Positions 36,800-50,420 of a DNA stretch of 64,000 nucleotides are shown piece after piece. Each line of letters begins with the position of its first letter. The first letter of the stretch is position 1. The notes under the pieces were generated by a model, which was not told the DNA's origin, did no database searches, and saw only the letters and a program-made list of their open reading frames with translations. A program made the translations under genes and the position numbers. The stretch comes from Vitrella brassicaformis CCMP3155 (lineage: Eukaryota; Protista; Chromerida): assembly GCA_001179505.1 (NCBI GenBank), contig CDMY01000244.1, positions 1 to 64,000 on the forward strand. The letters run 5' to 3'.

Positions 36800-37071
36800 G
36801 GCGGGCCGGGTAGCAGTGGAAGCAGCGGCACCGACGCGCCGACAATGGCAGCTTATCTCACGGGGTTTCAGGGTTAGGGTTTGCTTAAGGTTCTCGTGAA
36901 AGCAGTGCTGGATGTGCGAGTGATGATGATGAGAATGAATGTGTGAGGATGTGGCAGACCTGTACGACCGCGTCGTTTCGCCTCGGCTGCAATCAATTCG
37001 ATCACTCCTGAGGGTTTTGCGAGCTTGGCGTCAAACACGGCAAGGCTGCGAGGCGCAAGGATGGAGATCTG

Positions 37072-40000
37072 ATGCATCACGAGAGTGCAAGACTGAAGCC
37101 TGCTCGCCTGCTCAACTTGCTCGTGGTGACGTCGCTGCTTCCCGATGGCACCCACGGCGGCCGAGTGAGTATCTCCAGACTGACACTCGACACCTTCTAC
37201 AAGGCCGTGAGCAAACCGGACTTCTGCTTCGTGTACTTTCACGCGTAAGCCAACAACACAACAGAGATCTTTTCCTGCTGATGGATCTACCGCGTCTGTC
37301 TGCACCATGTGGACGTGTTGTTGCAGTGATTGGTGTTCGCACTGCGGCAGCGTCGGGTTGGAATTCGCTAAGGCAATGCGCAAGACCCTCAAGATACTTC
37401 CAGGTCAGTGCAGCTGTCTGTCTATGAGGGAGGTTCAAATGTCCAACTTCTATATGTCCTCCCTCACTGCATCCATCCATCAGATCTGCAGCGTACGTCG
37501 TCGTCTTCTCCCCTGGATGAGGTCTTCCCCCCGCCCTCCATGGCCACCGGGGCGGCCACAGACTCGCCCGAGCGCGACCGTCCCCCAGCCAGGACCAGCC
37601 GTGCGCCACTCACGGTGCAGTTCGCCACTGTCGACGGTACCGAGGAGGAGGAGCTGGCCTACACGTGGGCGTCAGATGGGTATCCCGCACTCATACTCTT
37701 CAATAAAGGTTAGGTGCGCGAGAAGGGGTCGGGAGAAAGCGGCCCGGCCCCTCCATGTCCGTACCTGTTCGGCTGCCTGCGATCAGGCTTTTGGCTCGAG
37801 TATGACGGCTCCCGGACCGCCGACGCAATGGTGAGCAGCCTTTGTTGAGCTGCCCGGATACAGTCCCGTGCGACCGTCTTTTGCTGTCCGTCTGTCTGTC
37901 TGTTTCTGCCTCCGGTCAGATCGAGTGGCTCACGTTCCGCATCCAGAGTAAGTGAGCCGCTATGCCACCGGCAGCAGCCGGATTCCGAATGTCGCTAATC
38001 CCTGCTGGTGTGTGTGTGTGCAGGGGGCCTGATTGAGCTGACGGCTCCGTCTGACCTGCACATGCTGAGGGAAGACGAGGAGACCGCTGTTGTGGGCTTC
38101 TTCAACAACACGGTACCCCACACACAGGAAGCAACGCACCCACAGGCGTCCTCATGGATGGTATCTTCTACATCTTCTGCTCTGTCATTGATCTGTGCAG
38201 GTTGACGGTCTTTATGACGATGACGACTTCCAGGAGTTTGCAAGGGGCTGTGGGGACTACCGATACGCATACGTAAGACACACGGGAGGTGAGGGCCCTG
38301 TAAACCATCCCACGTCATGTGCTGCCGTGTCGTCGACTGGCAGTCTTTTGATGGCGAGCTTGCTCCAGAAGGACAGCTCGGGTGAGCAGACATTCGGAAT
38401 GGGCTCATCACGTTGAATGTGTTGTTCCATTCCTGTTTGTTTGTCAGCATATATTTCCACTCCCGTCATCCGCCAAGGTGGCAGAGATGGGACAGAGAAG
38501 GCTACACCACACACAAGACCAGGAGGCGACACGAGACGGCATGGGATGGTCATCACCACGATGCACCTGACCGTGACACAACCAGTGGCCCTCCTCTCGA
38601 CTACGTTCACTTCTGTGATCGGGGCAGCATTCCGCTGGTGAGAACAGAAAGACGAGACAGGTGTTGTCCCCTCATTGACTGTGGACGTTCGCGTGTGTGT
38701 GCATATGGGTGTCCTAGGTACCGTATTGGTCCCCGGTGGATGCGTCAAGGTATGGCGATGGTGCATTTGAGTACCTGGTGTTCGTATTCATGTCCAAACG
38801 GAGCGACGAGGAGGTCAGTCAGCGGTCGCCACTCAGACGTACACCCACTTGTGTGTGTAAATGGTGTGCGTCTGATCAGGCCTTCACGGCCTTCCGCGAT
38901 GACCTGGAGACCCTGATCCAGACTCTCCGGTCGCGCGACGGTGTGTATGAGGGCTACCTGCTGGTCCTCGTCGACATTGACGAAGCACCGTCCGTCGGTG
39001 AGGAGCTAAAAACGGAGAGGTACCTTACCTTACTGGTGTAACTAACGGTGGTCCACTGCGCAGGTTGGCAGTTCGGCATCGATGCATCATCGGCCCTGCC
39101 GGCAGGTCGGCCAACATAGCCCTGCGTGGCGATGGTGATGCATCGATGCCCACTTGTCGCTGGCTGCGTGTTCTTCTGTTACAACCAGTGGGGGCCTTTC
39201 GTCCATCGGATGAGCGCAAGTTCGTCCCCAGTCAACCCATGACACCATCAGAGAATGATGACGATACTGTAGGTAGACAGACATGTCGAAGACGCTTGCC
39301 AAGCGTACTACGTGTGCAAGACGACTGACTGTGTGTTTGTGAATGTGTGCAGGTGAGTGACGGTCAGGCTTTGGAGGACATTGGCGAGTTCGTGAGGTCG
39401 ATGAGGCAGGGCACGGCGCGTTCACTCATCGTGAGCGAGGAGGTGCCCACGCAGGGAAGGGATCCGCCCGGGGAATCTCTTGTCCAGGTAGGACGGCCGC
39501 AGCATCAGGCACGGACACATTCAGGTGTATCTCTGTATGTGTGTGTGTGCCGGTGCAGAGGGTTGCGGGCAGCACCTTCGATGCGGCCGTCATGCAGACA
39601 GCCAACGATGTGCTGCTCTACGTATACACAGAATGGTACCACACTGACCAGATGCCCATCAGCAGACGCCCTTGCCGCGTGGTTGACGGTGTGTGTGTCC
39701 TCAGGTGCGGTATGTGCAAGAACATGTTCCCCGTCATTTACTCGCTGGCCGACAAACTCAGGAACATGAACGTCACCACTCTGGTCAGACGAAAGAGATC
39801 TATGGCTGCCGGCACGATTGGCGCTCATTCTAACTCTTTCCCGTTCGTTGTGTGCGCAGACCTTCGCTGCGATGGACGGAGGACACAACGAGGTACGCCA
39901 GGCGACTCATGAGCGAAAGAATGGGCAGGGCTTTTACCTCTGTGTGTGTTTTGTCTTGGCTGTCCTGTCAGCACCCCGCTCTGCCTGCAATCGACGGCTA

Positions 40001-40375
40001 CCCCACCCTCCTGCTTTACCGGGCGCATTCCAAGGACAGGCCCATCGAATACCGAGAGGGTAGGTACCCACACACGTGTACAGAGCGGCATCCATGGCAT
40101 GGCATGCATCAAGTTGGGGTGCGGTGTGCCCGGTTTGGTTCAGGCCGGTCTGTGCAGGCTCTGGCCACCTGGCTGCAGTATCACGTGTCTCAGCCCTTCC
40201 ACCCCTGGCCACCCACATGGACAAATGGTAAGTGTGAAGCCTACAGCTGCCCATTGATTGTCACTCTCTCTCGGTCACTTTCGTGGTTGCACATGCAGAT
40301 GATTTGATGGACAGCGAGGCCCTTCACGAGACAGACGAGGACACGTGCATCAAGGTGCATGAGGATGGTGGGTGA
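37072..40375 (+). CDS. Protein disulfide isomerase-like protein (a-b-b'-a' thioredoxin folds)
   Basis: Active sites FHA|DWCSHC and YTEW|CGMCK. Motifs FATVDGTEEEELA...GYPALILF, LEYDGSRTADAMV, FAAMDG, IDGYPTLLLY...PIEY. Hydrophobic N-terminus LLNLLVVTSLL. Confidence 0.8.
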
Positions 40376-40611
40376 AGATGACGTGTCATCGATGGACGGA
40401 TGCGCCTGGCGAGCAGCTGGTGTGAATGGGGCTGCCGCTGCTGTGCGTGTATAGGCTGGCGTGACGATGTGTGTACTGAGGAGTGTGAATGGCAGTTCTG
40501 CAACCAGCCACTGTAACAATACACCGGATGAGAAGTATCAGACATTCACTTCACGAGTGCACGTTATGGGATGGATGGAGACACTCAAGCTCGCCAAGGC
40601 CAACTAGCTAG

Positions 40612-43600
40612 CTACTCGTCCCCTTCCTTTTGCGCCTTCTTGAGGCGCTTCCTCCTCTTATCTCCCACCGCCTTGTGCCGTCTGTTGCCCTTGCCCTTCC
40701 TCTTGTGTCGCGCCAGCCTGGCCTCTAGCTCCTCCAACTTGTCATACTGACGGTCCGCCTCGTCCAGATGGCGGCGGCCCTCCTCCTCACGCCGCAGCCT
40801 CTTCTTCTTGCACTCATCGCCAGACCCTGAAATAAATAGGCATTCTCAACACACATACGCAGACGAATGCGATTCGCGAATGTCTGCCATCTCTGCCCTG
40901 CCGAATGCACCTTCCTCAGACGACATGATTTCGTCCTCCACGACGAATCCCTGCTGCCCCCTGTCCACCTCCCGAGCCGCCGCGTCGGCCTCCTGGTACA
41001 GACGCTCCTCGTCGACGAAGGCCCCGCCATTGTCATTGTCCAGCTGACTCTCGTCCACGTGAGCCTTGGCGGCCTTCTGCTTGGGCGCTGGTGGTGGGGG
41101 CGCCTTGATGTGCTCGCGAAGGCCGTCCAGCGCCTTGGTCGGGTCGGGCTCACTGCCTGACGACTCCTCCGAGTCCTCCCACTCCATCTCCTCATCATCG
41201 TCATTGTCACGCTGAGGGGGCTGGTCCTCAGCCGACGGGCGGTCCCTGCCTTGTGGGTGGGGTCTCTGACGTCGCTTGCGTCTCCGTTGGTTGAGTGCTG
41301 GGTCAGGTTTGTCGAGCCAGGGGTTCTTGTGGCAGAGACGGTCGAGGGCGTCGTCTTGGAAGTCATGCTCGTCCATCTCCCGGCGTGGCACTTGGATGCG
41401 CCGGCCCTCCTGACGGCGCTGCAGCCTCCTCCGCAGGGCAGCCTCGCCCCAACCTGGTGAATGAAGACAAGATACAGATGGATGGATGGATGGCTGGATG
41501 GATGTCTCTGTGTGCGTGTGTGTGTGTTACCCTCATCGCTGGATGGGTCAGGTTCCGAGTCCGACGGCCGATCCTCCTCACCCTCATCACGGTCGCCATC
41601 GTCTTCATGTAGTGCTGTGGCCGGCCTGCTCTCCTCTCGCGGCCGCGGAGGCCCTGCAGCAGGCTGAGCACCATTGGCAGCCACGGCCTGAACACATGTA
41701 TGTATGAGTAACCATGCCGACTGGGGGAATGGCTGTCTGCCAGTAGAGGTGAGTCAGTCGGTGGGGCATGTATCAATAAACCACCTGCGTGTTGTTGATG
41801 TGGAACACCTTCCGCCAGTTGATCTTGTCGCCAGACGTGCTGTTGTTGGCGACGAGGTCCTCATACGACAGGGGAAGCACCATGACAGGCGACTCACCGG
41901 ACGGCAAGAAGGGCGATTGCCGCCCATAGCGCGCCATGGCAGCAGCGCGGAAGCGACGGTAGGGCGAAGACGCGTCAGGGGCGGCGCCGGCCACACAATC
42001 CAGCAAACCGTCAACCTCCTGACGCCTGAGCGAATGTTCGGCAGGCAGCAGAGGGAAGACTGAGTGACGGACAACCTTCTCTCCTGCCTCCTCACCTCTC
42101 CTCGTCCGTCCCCTCTCCCGTGGCGAAACTCTCCACAAGCTCCTCTACGATGTCCGGGGGCAGGCCGTCGGTGTGTCTGGAAGCCTGTCTGCCGGATGAT
42201 TTGGTTGCCGAGGCTGGCAGGGTGGTGTTGGGGGGACCGTGGCTCGCCCGCTGGGTCTCATACTGTGAGTGGGTGAGGGGACGCTCGCTTTGGGCCTCCA
42301 ACACGCGGATATACCTGGTGAAGACCGCCTCATGCAAACGCCCCACCGACACGCTGTCCTGTTGGGCAAACAGGGTTGAGCAAGAGAGAGCAAGTGAAAT
42401 GACCAGGTGGCATTCACTGTGTGACCTCGCCAGATCCCTGACCTCTTCCTGCCGGTACTCGGGGACCATGTTGAAGCCCTCGCCGGTCCCCTGCTGCTTG
42501 GACGCCGTGGAAAGCGCCTTGGATGCGCGGCAGAGGGTCCTCATGGACCTGACGAATGAATCGATAGGGAGAGCATGTCAATTGTCGGTCAATTCGTCGG
42601 TCGAGATGCTTACTCCTTGAGGGCGTCATTGTTGAGAGCATGGAGCCCGCCCGCTCTCGCCTCTGCATACAACACACTGCGATACTCCTCACGAGCTGAC
42701 AATTAAGGCAACAACACAACAACGGAGAGCGCATGTATGTCTGCAGTCGTACATATGTCTTGTGCGTATCTGATTTCCCACGTACGTACGTGTCATCCAC
42801 GGTGGGAGGTGGCCGCGGAAGGGACTGTTGCGCATCCGTTTGAGCAGCTCGATCTGCTTGCTGGCTGCAAGGGCCGCCCACCCGACGCGCCACAACAGGT
42901 GATGAAGACACGATGCAACCAAACAATGCTGGACGAGGGGAGGGAGGGAGTGACACAAACCTCGGGATCCCAGTGACCGAGCGTGTGTCTTCGTCCCCCC
43001 ATTTGTGTATACCTGAATGAACTCTTGTGTGGTTTGTTGCGTCGGCACGCCAGCTGCAGGCTGGCCATCGGAGGGCTGCAGTGGGCTCAAGGTCTTCATG
43101 CCGGCCTCCACGTCCTCTAGCACCTCGGTCAGAATGGCGTACGACAGGCTACTCTCGCATATCTGGGATGGAAGACAACACAAACACAGCCAGTCCTGAT
43201 GGGTCATTCCATTCCCTGGCCGTGTTCAATCTTGGCGTCATCTATCTCATCTGACCATGAGGCGGATCGCTATGGCATGGAAGGGCTGCTTCAAGTATGA
43301 GGGAGAGGGGGTCACACGGCTATCAAACAGCAACGGCTGCACAGACAAGCAACGGAAGATCGCCCTGTGCCATCTCTATTTTTTGTCCGTGCTCACCCGC
43401 AGCCCGTGTGTGCATTCGCGCAGGCGTTGGACGCTCTTGGCGAGTTTGTCGTACCCCTCCAGGGCCTTCCGCAGCCACTCCCTCAGCGGGTCAGTCGGCC
43501 CCTGTCTATCGGGCAGCAGCTCCCCCAGCAACTCCAACACCCCCGACGCCAGCGCACCCGCGCGGTAGTACATGGTCTCCTGTCTGTGGTCGCTCTCCTC

Positions 43601-44530
43601 GCCGCGCGGGATGCCCATCAGGCTGAAGTAGTCGTTGAGGATGAGCACCTTGGCGTTGATGAGCAGCGGCAGGTGGGTCGCCACGACCGGACGCATCCTC
43701 TCGTAGAAGTATCTCTGGCCGTCCGCCACATCGCCGGAGCTCCTGTACTCGAGCACATCGTCCAGAACCTTGAGCTCCTCCTCAAGTGGCTCTACGATGC
43801 TCTGGCGCTCTTGTTTCTCGCTCTCGGCCCACTGGGGAGGCTTGACGAGCCTCTGCCGCTCCCCTACTCGCCGCCAAGTGTCGACAGTCGCCACCTTGGC
43901 CTCCGCCCTGCGCACCTCCTGATGGGCCCGCCTCAGCAGCTTCTTGAGGTGGTGAAGTCCCGGCCCGGCCTTGCCGCGCTGCTGCTCCTCCCTGTCCTGC
44001 TCCTCACGAACCCTCCTGATCTTGGCCTGGCACAGCCGCCCAGCCATCTGGGCAGCCGCCATGCCGTCCGCAAGAGATACCACGTCGCCCTTCTTGTGAT
44101 AGTCGAGCAGCAGTGTCTCGATGAGGGCGATGTACAGCTCCATCTTGCTGAGGAACTTGTCGACCTCGGCCTTGGTGAGGTTGCGGTCCTTGGACGCGGC
44201 GTCCATGAAGGCGGTAGCGAGGCTGTCGACGAGCTTGTAGGGGTCGCCGTGGAGGGAGATCTCAGCCATCCTTTCGCCGTAGATGGACACGTTTGCCTGC
44301 ACAGCAAGCCGGGCCGTGAATGCGATGACGGCCACGAGGGTCTCCTGGACATGTTGGAAGGCCGGATGCCGTGCACTCAGTTGCCCTCGCAGCTTCTGTA
44401 TTGCCTCCACTGACTGGTGGCCGTAGAAGAGGGCGGTGGCGACGTCGCCATCGTTGCGAAGCAGCACAGCGAGGCGCTGTGCGGCTCGGATGGCATGAAG
44501 GTCTTTAGAAATCGCCGGCTCACACTCCAT
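40612..44530 (-). CDS. Large hypothetical protein: alpha-helical N-terminal exon, acidic middle, Lys/Arg-rich C-terminus (probably nuclear)
   Basis: 384-aa ORF 43376-44530 followed by spliced exons down to ...RRHKAVGDKRRKRLKKAQKEGDE* (40612). Assigning all exons to one gene is inferred. Confidence 0.5.
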
Positions 44531-44796
44531 CTGTACCTAACCAACAGCTACAAACTCCGCTCCAGGCAACAAAGAAAACTGGCCACTTGGCTAGTAACGG
44601 CTCGCACGACCCATTGAAGAGGCGCGTTATTACGACATGACGAATCAACGGCAGACAGCACAGATCTATCTATCGACACATGCCGCGAGGCACACATGCA
44701 TTGCAACCCCATTCAAACTCGCCGAATGCCCCAATCTGCATCACAAAACAGAGAGTCCCCGGGGCGGTATCCACATCGGTTCCCTCGTCTGTCTGC

Positions 44797-46596
44797 TTAC
44801 AGTAGGTGTAGGCGAGTTCGGGCGGCGTCAGCAGCATGTGACTCAGTAGCCGAGACTGACGAAGAACGATCAGTGACGCCGATGCGAGATATCACCCGAC
44901 AAGCTTGTGTATCCGCTGGCTCGCTCACCTGAAGAGATTCGGGGAGGCCGTACGGCACCGCAGTGACCACTGCACGCTGCGCCTCGACGCGCCTGAAAGG
45001 GATGGAGAGACCAACACAAGTCACATTCATAACCCTCCTCCGCCACTGTTCGCACCTGGCCTTGCCCAGTTTCTCTCGGATGATGGTGTGTGCGTGGGGG
45101 TCGCGAAGGTCCACGAGCATCTCCAGACGCAGCGCTCCCCGGCTGGTCATGATGTGGTCTAGCACTTGCTCGAGGACACGGCCATTCCCTGGCGGGCAGT
45201 AGGGGCTCCACGCCAGCAGACGAGACGAGTACTCGGCTGACACGAGCACCCCAGCTTCCAACACACCACTCTGAGAAAGACAGAGGACGATTGACAGACA
45301 GACAGACAGACAGGCAGACAGACAGATGTTGCCACCTGGCCTTCTCTCGCGCTGTGGTTGGTATGATCTGACCTCTGGTTGGATGTAGCCGTAGAAGGTA
45401 GCTGTGCCGGGGAAGGCCGTCGACCCCTCAGCCACACACACATGGGGGAGCCGGTCCTGCAACAACACCACACCACCATTGTCATTCATGGCGAGCAGTC
45501 TTTCTTTCCGTCTGGGTGGCTCACCTGAATGACAGTATGGCCCACAAAGGCCTCCTTCAAGCCAGCCACAAGGCTGCCTGATGCACTGCTCGAGGCATCG
45601 ACCTCACTGTCGCCATTCAGTGTGGCCGGCCAGGGGATGGCGTGGACATTGGGATCGTTGCACACATTGCGTCGACCTGATGGAGCAAGACGCAACAGTG
45701 AGAAGTTGCTTGTGCTGCACACTGTGCTGTAGCACTGTCTGTATGTGCCCCGACCGACCGACCGACCGACCGACCGATGTGTATGGCGTCCAGCTGGCAC
45801 ATCAGCCGGTGATTCGCCACCTCATATGCCTGCACAAAACGGCAGCAGGATGGTTGGTTGGTGGACGGCCTGCTGCTGTTCGTCCTTCTCGTTCTTTGTC
45901 TCACCTCTGCAGGGACGTTGAGGAATCTCCGTCGGTTGAAGTGACAGAAGAAGTGCACACCCATCGATGTGCCCTCGCCGCTGCCGACACCAGGCCTCTG
46001 CAGAAGCGATTGGAAGTACTGCTGGCCGGACAGTTCGCACGTCCGCAGCATCTGCTCCTCCCAAAACTCACTCACCATCGGCTGACACCCCACACCCCAC
46101 ACAGAGAGAGCAGCGAAGCATGTGTGTCGGTGGGTAGTGGTGGTCTGTTTGGTACGCTACCTACATCGCTGCCTTGGTAGACGGGTGTCAGCACACAGGG
46201 GATGCTCGGACGCTCTGCCGCACTCGCATCATCAGCCGCCCCTCCCACATAGCATCTGGTCTTGAGCATGCAGGCGAATTCTTTCGGGGCTCCCTTGAGC
46301 TCAGTGGGGTCATAGAGGGTCAGCACGTCAGCCTGCCCGCTGTCCAGAGAGCGACGCAGCGAAGGGCACTTTTGCAGCAGCCCCTTGATCTCCTCATAGT
46401 CATCTTCCGCCTCGCCGTTGAGGGCAATCTTGCCAGCTAGGCCAGGCAGGTAGGAAACAGTTCTGACGGCGCCAAGGCTGCAATGCGGCGGAGATCTGTG
46501 GAAGATCTGCCGATAGGCCTGGAGGTGAGATGTTTGGCAGGCGGCAGGAAGCGTAGGACGGCTGAACTGGCAATGTTGATGGACAAGGGCTCTCAT
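44797..46596 (-). CDS. Multi-exon hypothetical protein with a possible mitochondrial-type leader
   Basis: Leader MRALVHQHCQFSRPTLPAACQTSHLQAYRQIFHRSPPHCSLGAVRTVSY has no acidic residues. In-frame exons follow through ORFs 46072-46596, 45617-46102, 45486-45800 and 44797-45489. Confidence 0.5.
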
Positions 46597-47045
46597 TCAT
46601 CAGCGGCTGGCGGTTCCCTTCTCTTCCCTGTGCGAGCTTCTATCGGGAAGAAGGGGGGGGTCGTTTCCATCCTTATTGGCTTCGCAAAGCTGTACAGGCA
46701 AGCGTATGTAGCTAGCTCTGCTTTGTTGTGTCGAAGTTCTCAATGCACGTCCGTTTGTCCTTCCCTCTCTGTGCCGTGCGCTTCTCTGGTTCGACGATAC
46801 GCCTGACGCGAGTGTCGTGAGCCTTGATCACGAGCGACCTCTCTCGGCCACTCGAGAATGAGGAGGGCCACAACACCGCAATAACGGCGCACTACCAGGA
46901 CAGTCGCACTGACCTCACGTGGATAGAGATCACACTGCTATATGCACACAGGACCACCAAGATACACACCCAAACCACCATGATTCAGCACCGAAAAACT
47001 CATGCATCACTCTCTACTTCCCCCTTCTCCCACCCACGGATACCG

Positions 47046-50000
47046 TCACTGTGAGGCGTTATTCTGTCTGAGATCTTCCACCTTGCCCCCTCTGCCCTTC
47101 GCCCTCTCCCCGCTCTGCTTCCCTCCGGAGCCGCCGCCACCGGCCAGCGGCACCACTGCCGACTCGTCCGCTACTGCTGCTGCAGCTACAGGCGGCTGTA
47201 AGGCCCTCACATCCGACCAAGCCTTCGTTGGCGATGGCGATGGCGGTGGCTTCGATACGGCCACAGCCTCAGGGCCGCTGGGGCTTCGGGCCGCCGTGGT
47301 TCTTGTGCTTTGGTGAGAGGGTGATGAGGGGGACGAGGGGACGCGGGGAGACACCGAGGGAGAGGACGTCACGCGGCCTGACCGGCCCTGAATGCAGACA
47401 GACGATCGACACGTGTCACAATCAGGGAGGGAGGCAGCTCAGCCTTGAGCTGTCTTGTGGAGCGGGCGGGCGGGCCTACCGTTGAGGGTGCCTGTCGCGG
47501 CTCGGGCACAAGGCTCAACGACTTCTGTCCGTCAGCCACCTCACGTGGCAAATGAGCGCCACTAGCAGCTGGAGAGAGAGTCGCTTCTGGCGGCGCGAGA
47601 GGGTCCTCGAGGATGAGCTGCGAGTCCTTGACGCCCGTCACCTTGACGAGGCACTCAATCGGCACCCCGTACCCCGACAGAAAGTTGCGACCTTGCTCAT
47701 AGCTCTTCTCCAACAGACACGCCAGACTCACAGGCTGACACTCAGAAACACAGACAGACAGACAGACAGACATGCATGCAGACGGGACGAAGGGGAAAGG
47801 GGAGGACGTCCGCTCACCGTGGCTCCTGCCTGGGATGCGATCCTCAGCAGAGCGTCTTGCTTCGACCCGCCCGACAGAAAGGTGTCGACTACGACCACCC
47901 TGTCGGCCGGACTCAACAAGTTCTTCTTCACCAACAGCTCCCTGTGTCACACCCACACACGCACACCAACAGCAGCGTAATGGTTGGGGACAGCCACGTC
48001 TGTCCCATCGTGTCCTGGCCATGGCTTACTTGACGCGTCCCCCATGCACACGGCTGGTGTATATGGCCTGGTGCGAGTCGGCAGCAGTGGAGGTCTCCCC
48101 TTTGTGGTGCGCCTGCACCACCGGCACCTGCAGCTGCACCGCCAGAGGCATCGCCAGCACCATGCCGCTCTCGTCCGTCAGCAGCTTGGTGGGCCGGTAA
48201 CGCGCCAAACGAGGGCCCAGCTCCTTGGCGCATTCCTGACAGGCACACGTGCAGGAGACAAGCCCTTCAAATGAGACAGAATGAGAGGTGCTGTTTGGTG
48301 GTTGGCTTACGGTGACGAGCTGGATGTCGACTTGTGCCTCGAGGAAAGAGGAGACGTCGAGGATGCCCTCGGCCTCGTCCAGCACCCTGCCTTCACGAAG
48401 CAAACGCTCCCTGCACACATGCATGCATGGCATGGGAGCAACACAATTGTGCATCTGTATGCTATGCCACCTGCCTGTGTATGACGGCCGTCACCTGAGT
48501 AGAGAGAACCCCTTGTGCTGCCGCTGGATGTCGATGTTGGTCTCCACATTGTGCCGCATCCACGGCTGGAACTCCAGCTCGAAGTCGGCCTGCAGTGCCC
48601 CCATCAGGTTGTTGATGGCCGAGCTCATCGACACCAAGCTCTTGCGCAGGTCGAGTATGGCCAGGGCGGCAGACACCTCGCCGCTCTCGAAGATCTCACG
48701 CTGCCCGTCAAAGTAGCACAGCACCGTGCGGAAGGTGCCTTGCCGACGCATCGACGACTGCACCCACACACACAAAGGGCAGATGAGGTGACCTCGGGTG
48801 CGAAGGGCAGCGTGCTGTCGCTGACCTTTGACAGAAGCAGATTCTGCGTGAGCTTCTCGACGTGGAGGCCCAGACGATTGAACACATACATTGCATTCTT
48901 GCCTGAGCCGAAACACGACACACACACACACACAGATATGAGAGAAAGCGCCTTGGTCTGGCTGTCTGTGCGTACCTTCTCCCGTTTCCACGGCTTCAAC
49001 CTCGAAGCCCGACCGCTCCGCCACACACGGCAGGCCAGTCACCTCATAAATGTACCGGGCCTTGTACGCAGCCAACTCCTCCAAACTCCTAACCAACCAC
49101 ACACAGACGACGCTAGACACCTTCTGTCACCACAGCTGACTGCCTGACTCACTCACGTCTTTGCGTCCACTTTGACGTCCTCGAAGTCGGGAAAGTTCTG
49201 CCTGAACTCGACGCCGAAGTTCTCAAAGACGCCGCCGAGGCTGGCCATCATGTAGTCGGGGACGGCACTCACATACACGTGGTTGAAGGCCACCGAGGAG
49301 GGCTTCTTGTCGATGACGTCCAGCCCGGGGTACAGCCGCCGCTGCTCGCGGATGGCCTCGGCGGAGCCGCAGAAGAGCTGTATCTCGTCCTCAAGCTCAA
49401 AGGCGTCCTCAAAGTGCCTGTCACAGAAACGAGGAGTCGGTGTTGTGTTAGTGTGCTTCTCTTGCGGCGTGTGGCGTTTACCTGATATCTAGTTCGTCTT
49501 CATCTTGGTCCAGTGTCGGGGCAGAGGCCGCATCCGCAGACACCGAGGATGGTAATGGCGACGACGACGACGACGAGAGCTGAACACACACGTAGACGAA
49601 GCGAAATGCAGGACGGCCTGACGATTGCATGCATCGAGGAGCAGATCCACTCACGCGCCTACCGCCTCTGAATCGACATCGTCGTCGGCATCATCTTCCG
49701 CCTCGTACCTGCGGCACACACATGGCAACACGACAACAGATCAGTTCACGCACCACACTCACAGACAAATGTTCTTTCTCCCCTTCTGGAGGTCACCCCA
49801 CCCACCAGTCTTCTTGCTCGTAGACGGTCCTCGTGAGCCTTCTGCTGCCCTTGCGGACGTGCGCGGGCGCAGCAGCTGATCCATACGACGAGGCCATCTC
49901 CTCCATCTCATCGTAATACCTCTCCACCTCATCGCTTATCGAACGCTTCCTTTACGCACACACAGACACACTCAGGCAGATCCATCAACACTGCTGCAAG

Positions 50001-50238
50001 CGGCCTGTTCAGCTGACCTGTGGTGTCCCCGCTCTGCCCTTAGATCCGTGATGCTTCGCCGCCGCCTTCCGACTGTTGCAATTCCCTCCACCAAGCCGCA
50101 GCCACCACCAGCTCTTGCCCGCCGCCGCCTCACCCAGGACCTTTGGCGGCCCTCCCTCAATGGAGCATGGATGAATGCAGCGGCGGCAGATGGTGCTGCG
50201 AGGAAGGAAATGAGGCCTTGTAGGGCCACGACTGCCAT
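47046..50238 (-). CDS. Putative plastid-targeted protein with an unknown middle domain and a C-terminal xanthine phosphoribosyltransferase (Xpt)-like type I PRT domain
   Basis: Bipartite leader MAVVALQGLISFLAAPSAAAA|FIHAPLREGRQRSWVRRRRARA. PRT domain RERLLREGRVL...ILDVSSFLEAQVD...KLLTDESG...LQVPVVQA...LLSPADRVVVVDTFLSGG...QAGATV...LLEKSYEQGR aligns by eye with Bacillus Xpt. Confidence 0.75.
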
Positions 50239-50420
50239 GGATCCTGCGAGACCGACGGAAGAATGGGCGCGCTGATGGCAGATGGCACAAGATCAGGAAA
50301 GAACGCTGACTGCACGACAGGTCGAACACCAGGAAGGAAGGGAAGACTCTCCACGAAATATGCGAGCTTGACAGATCTGCTATCTCAGCTCGCATGCCTT
50401 TCCCAGCTCTCCCCGCGGCC

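Noticed and set aside
36860-36890. Telomere-like AGGGTTAGGGTTT stretch
   Set aside because: Only about two imperfect units; expected by chance.
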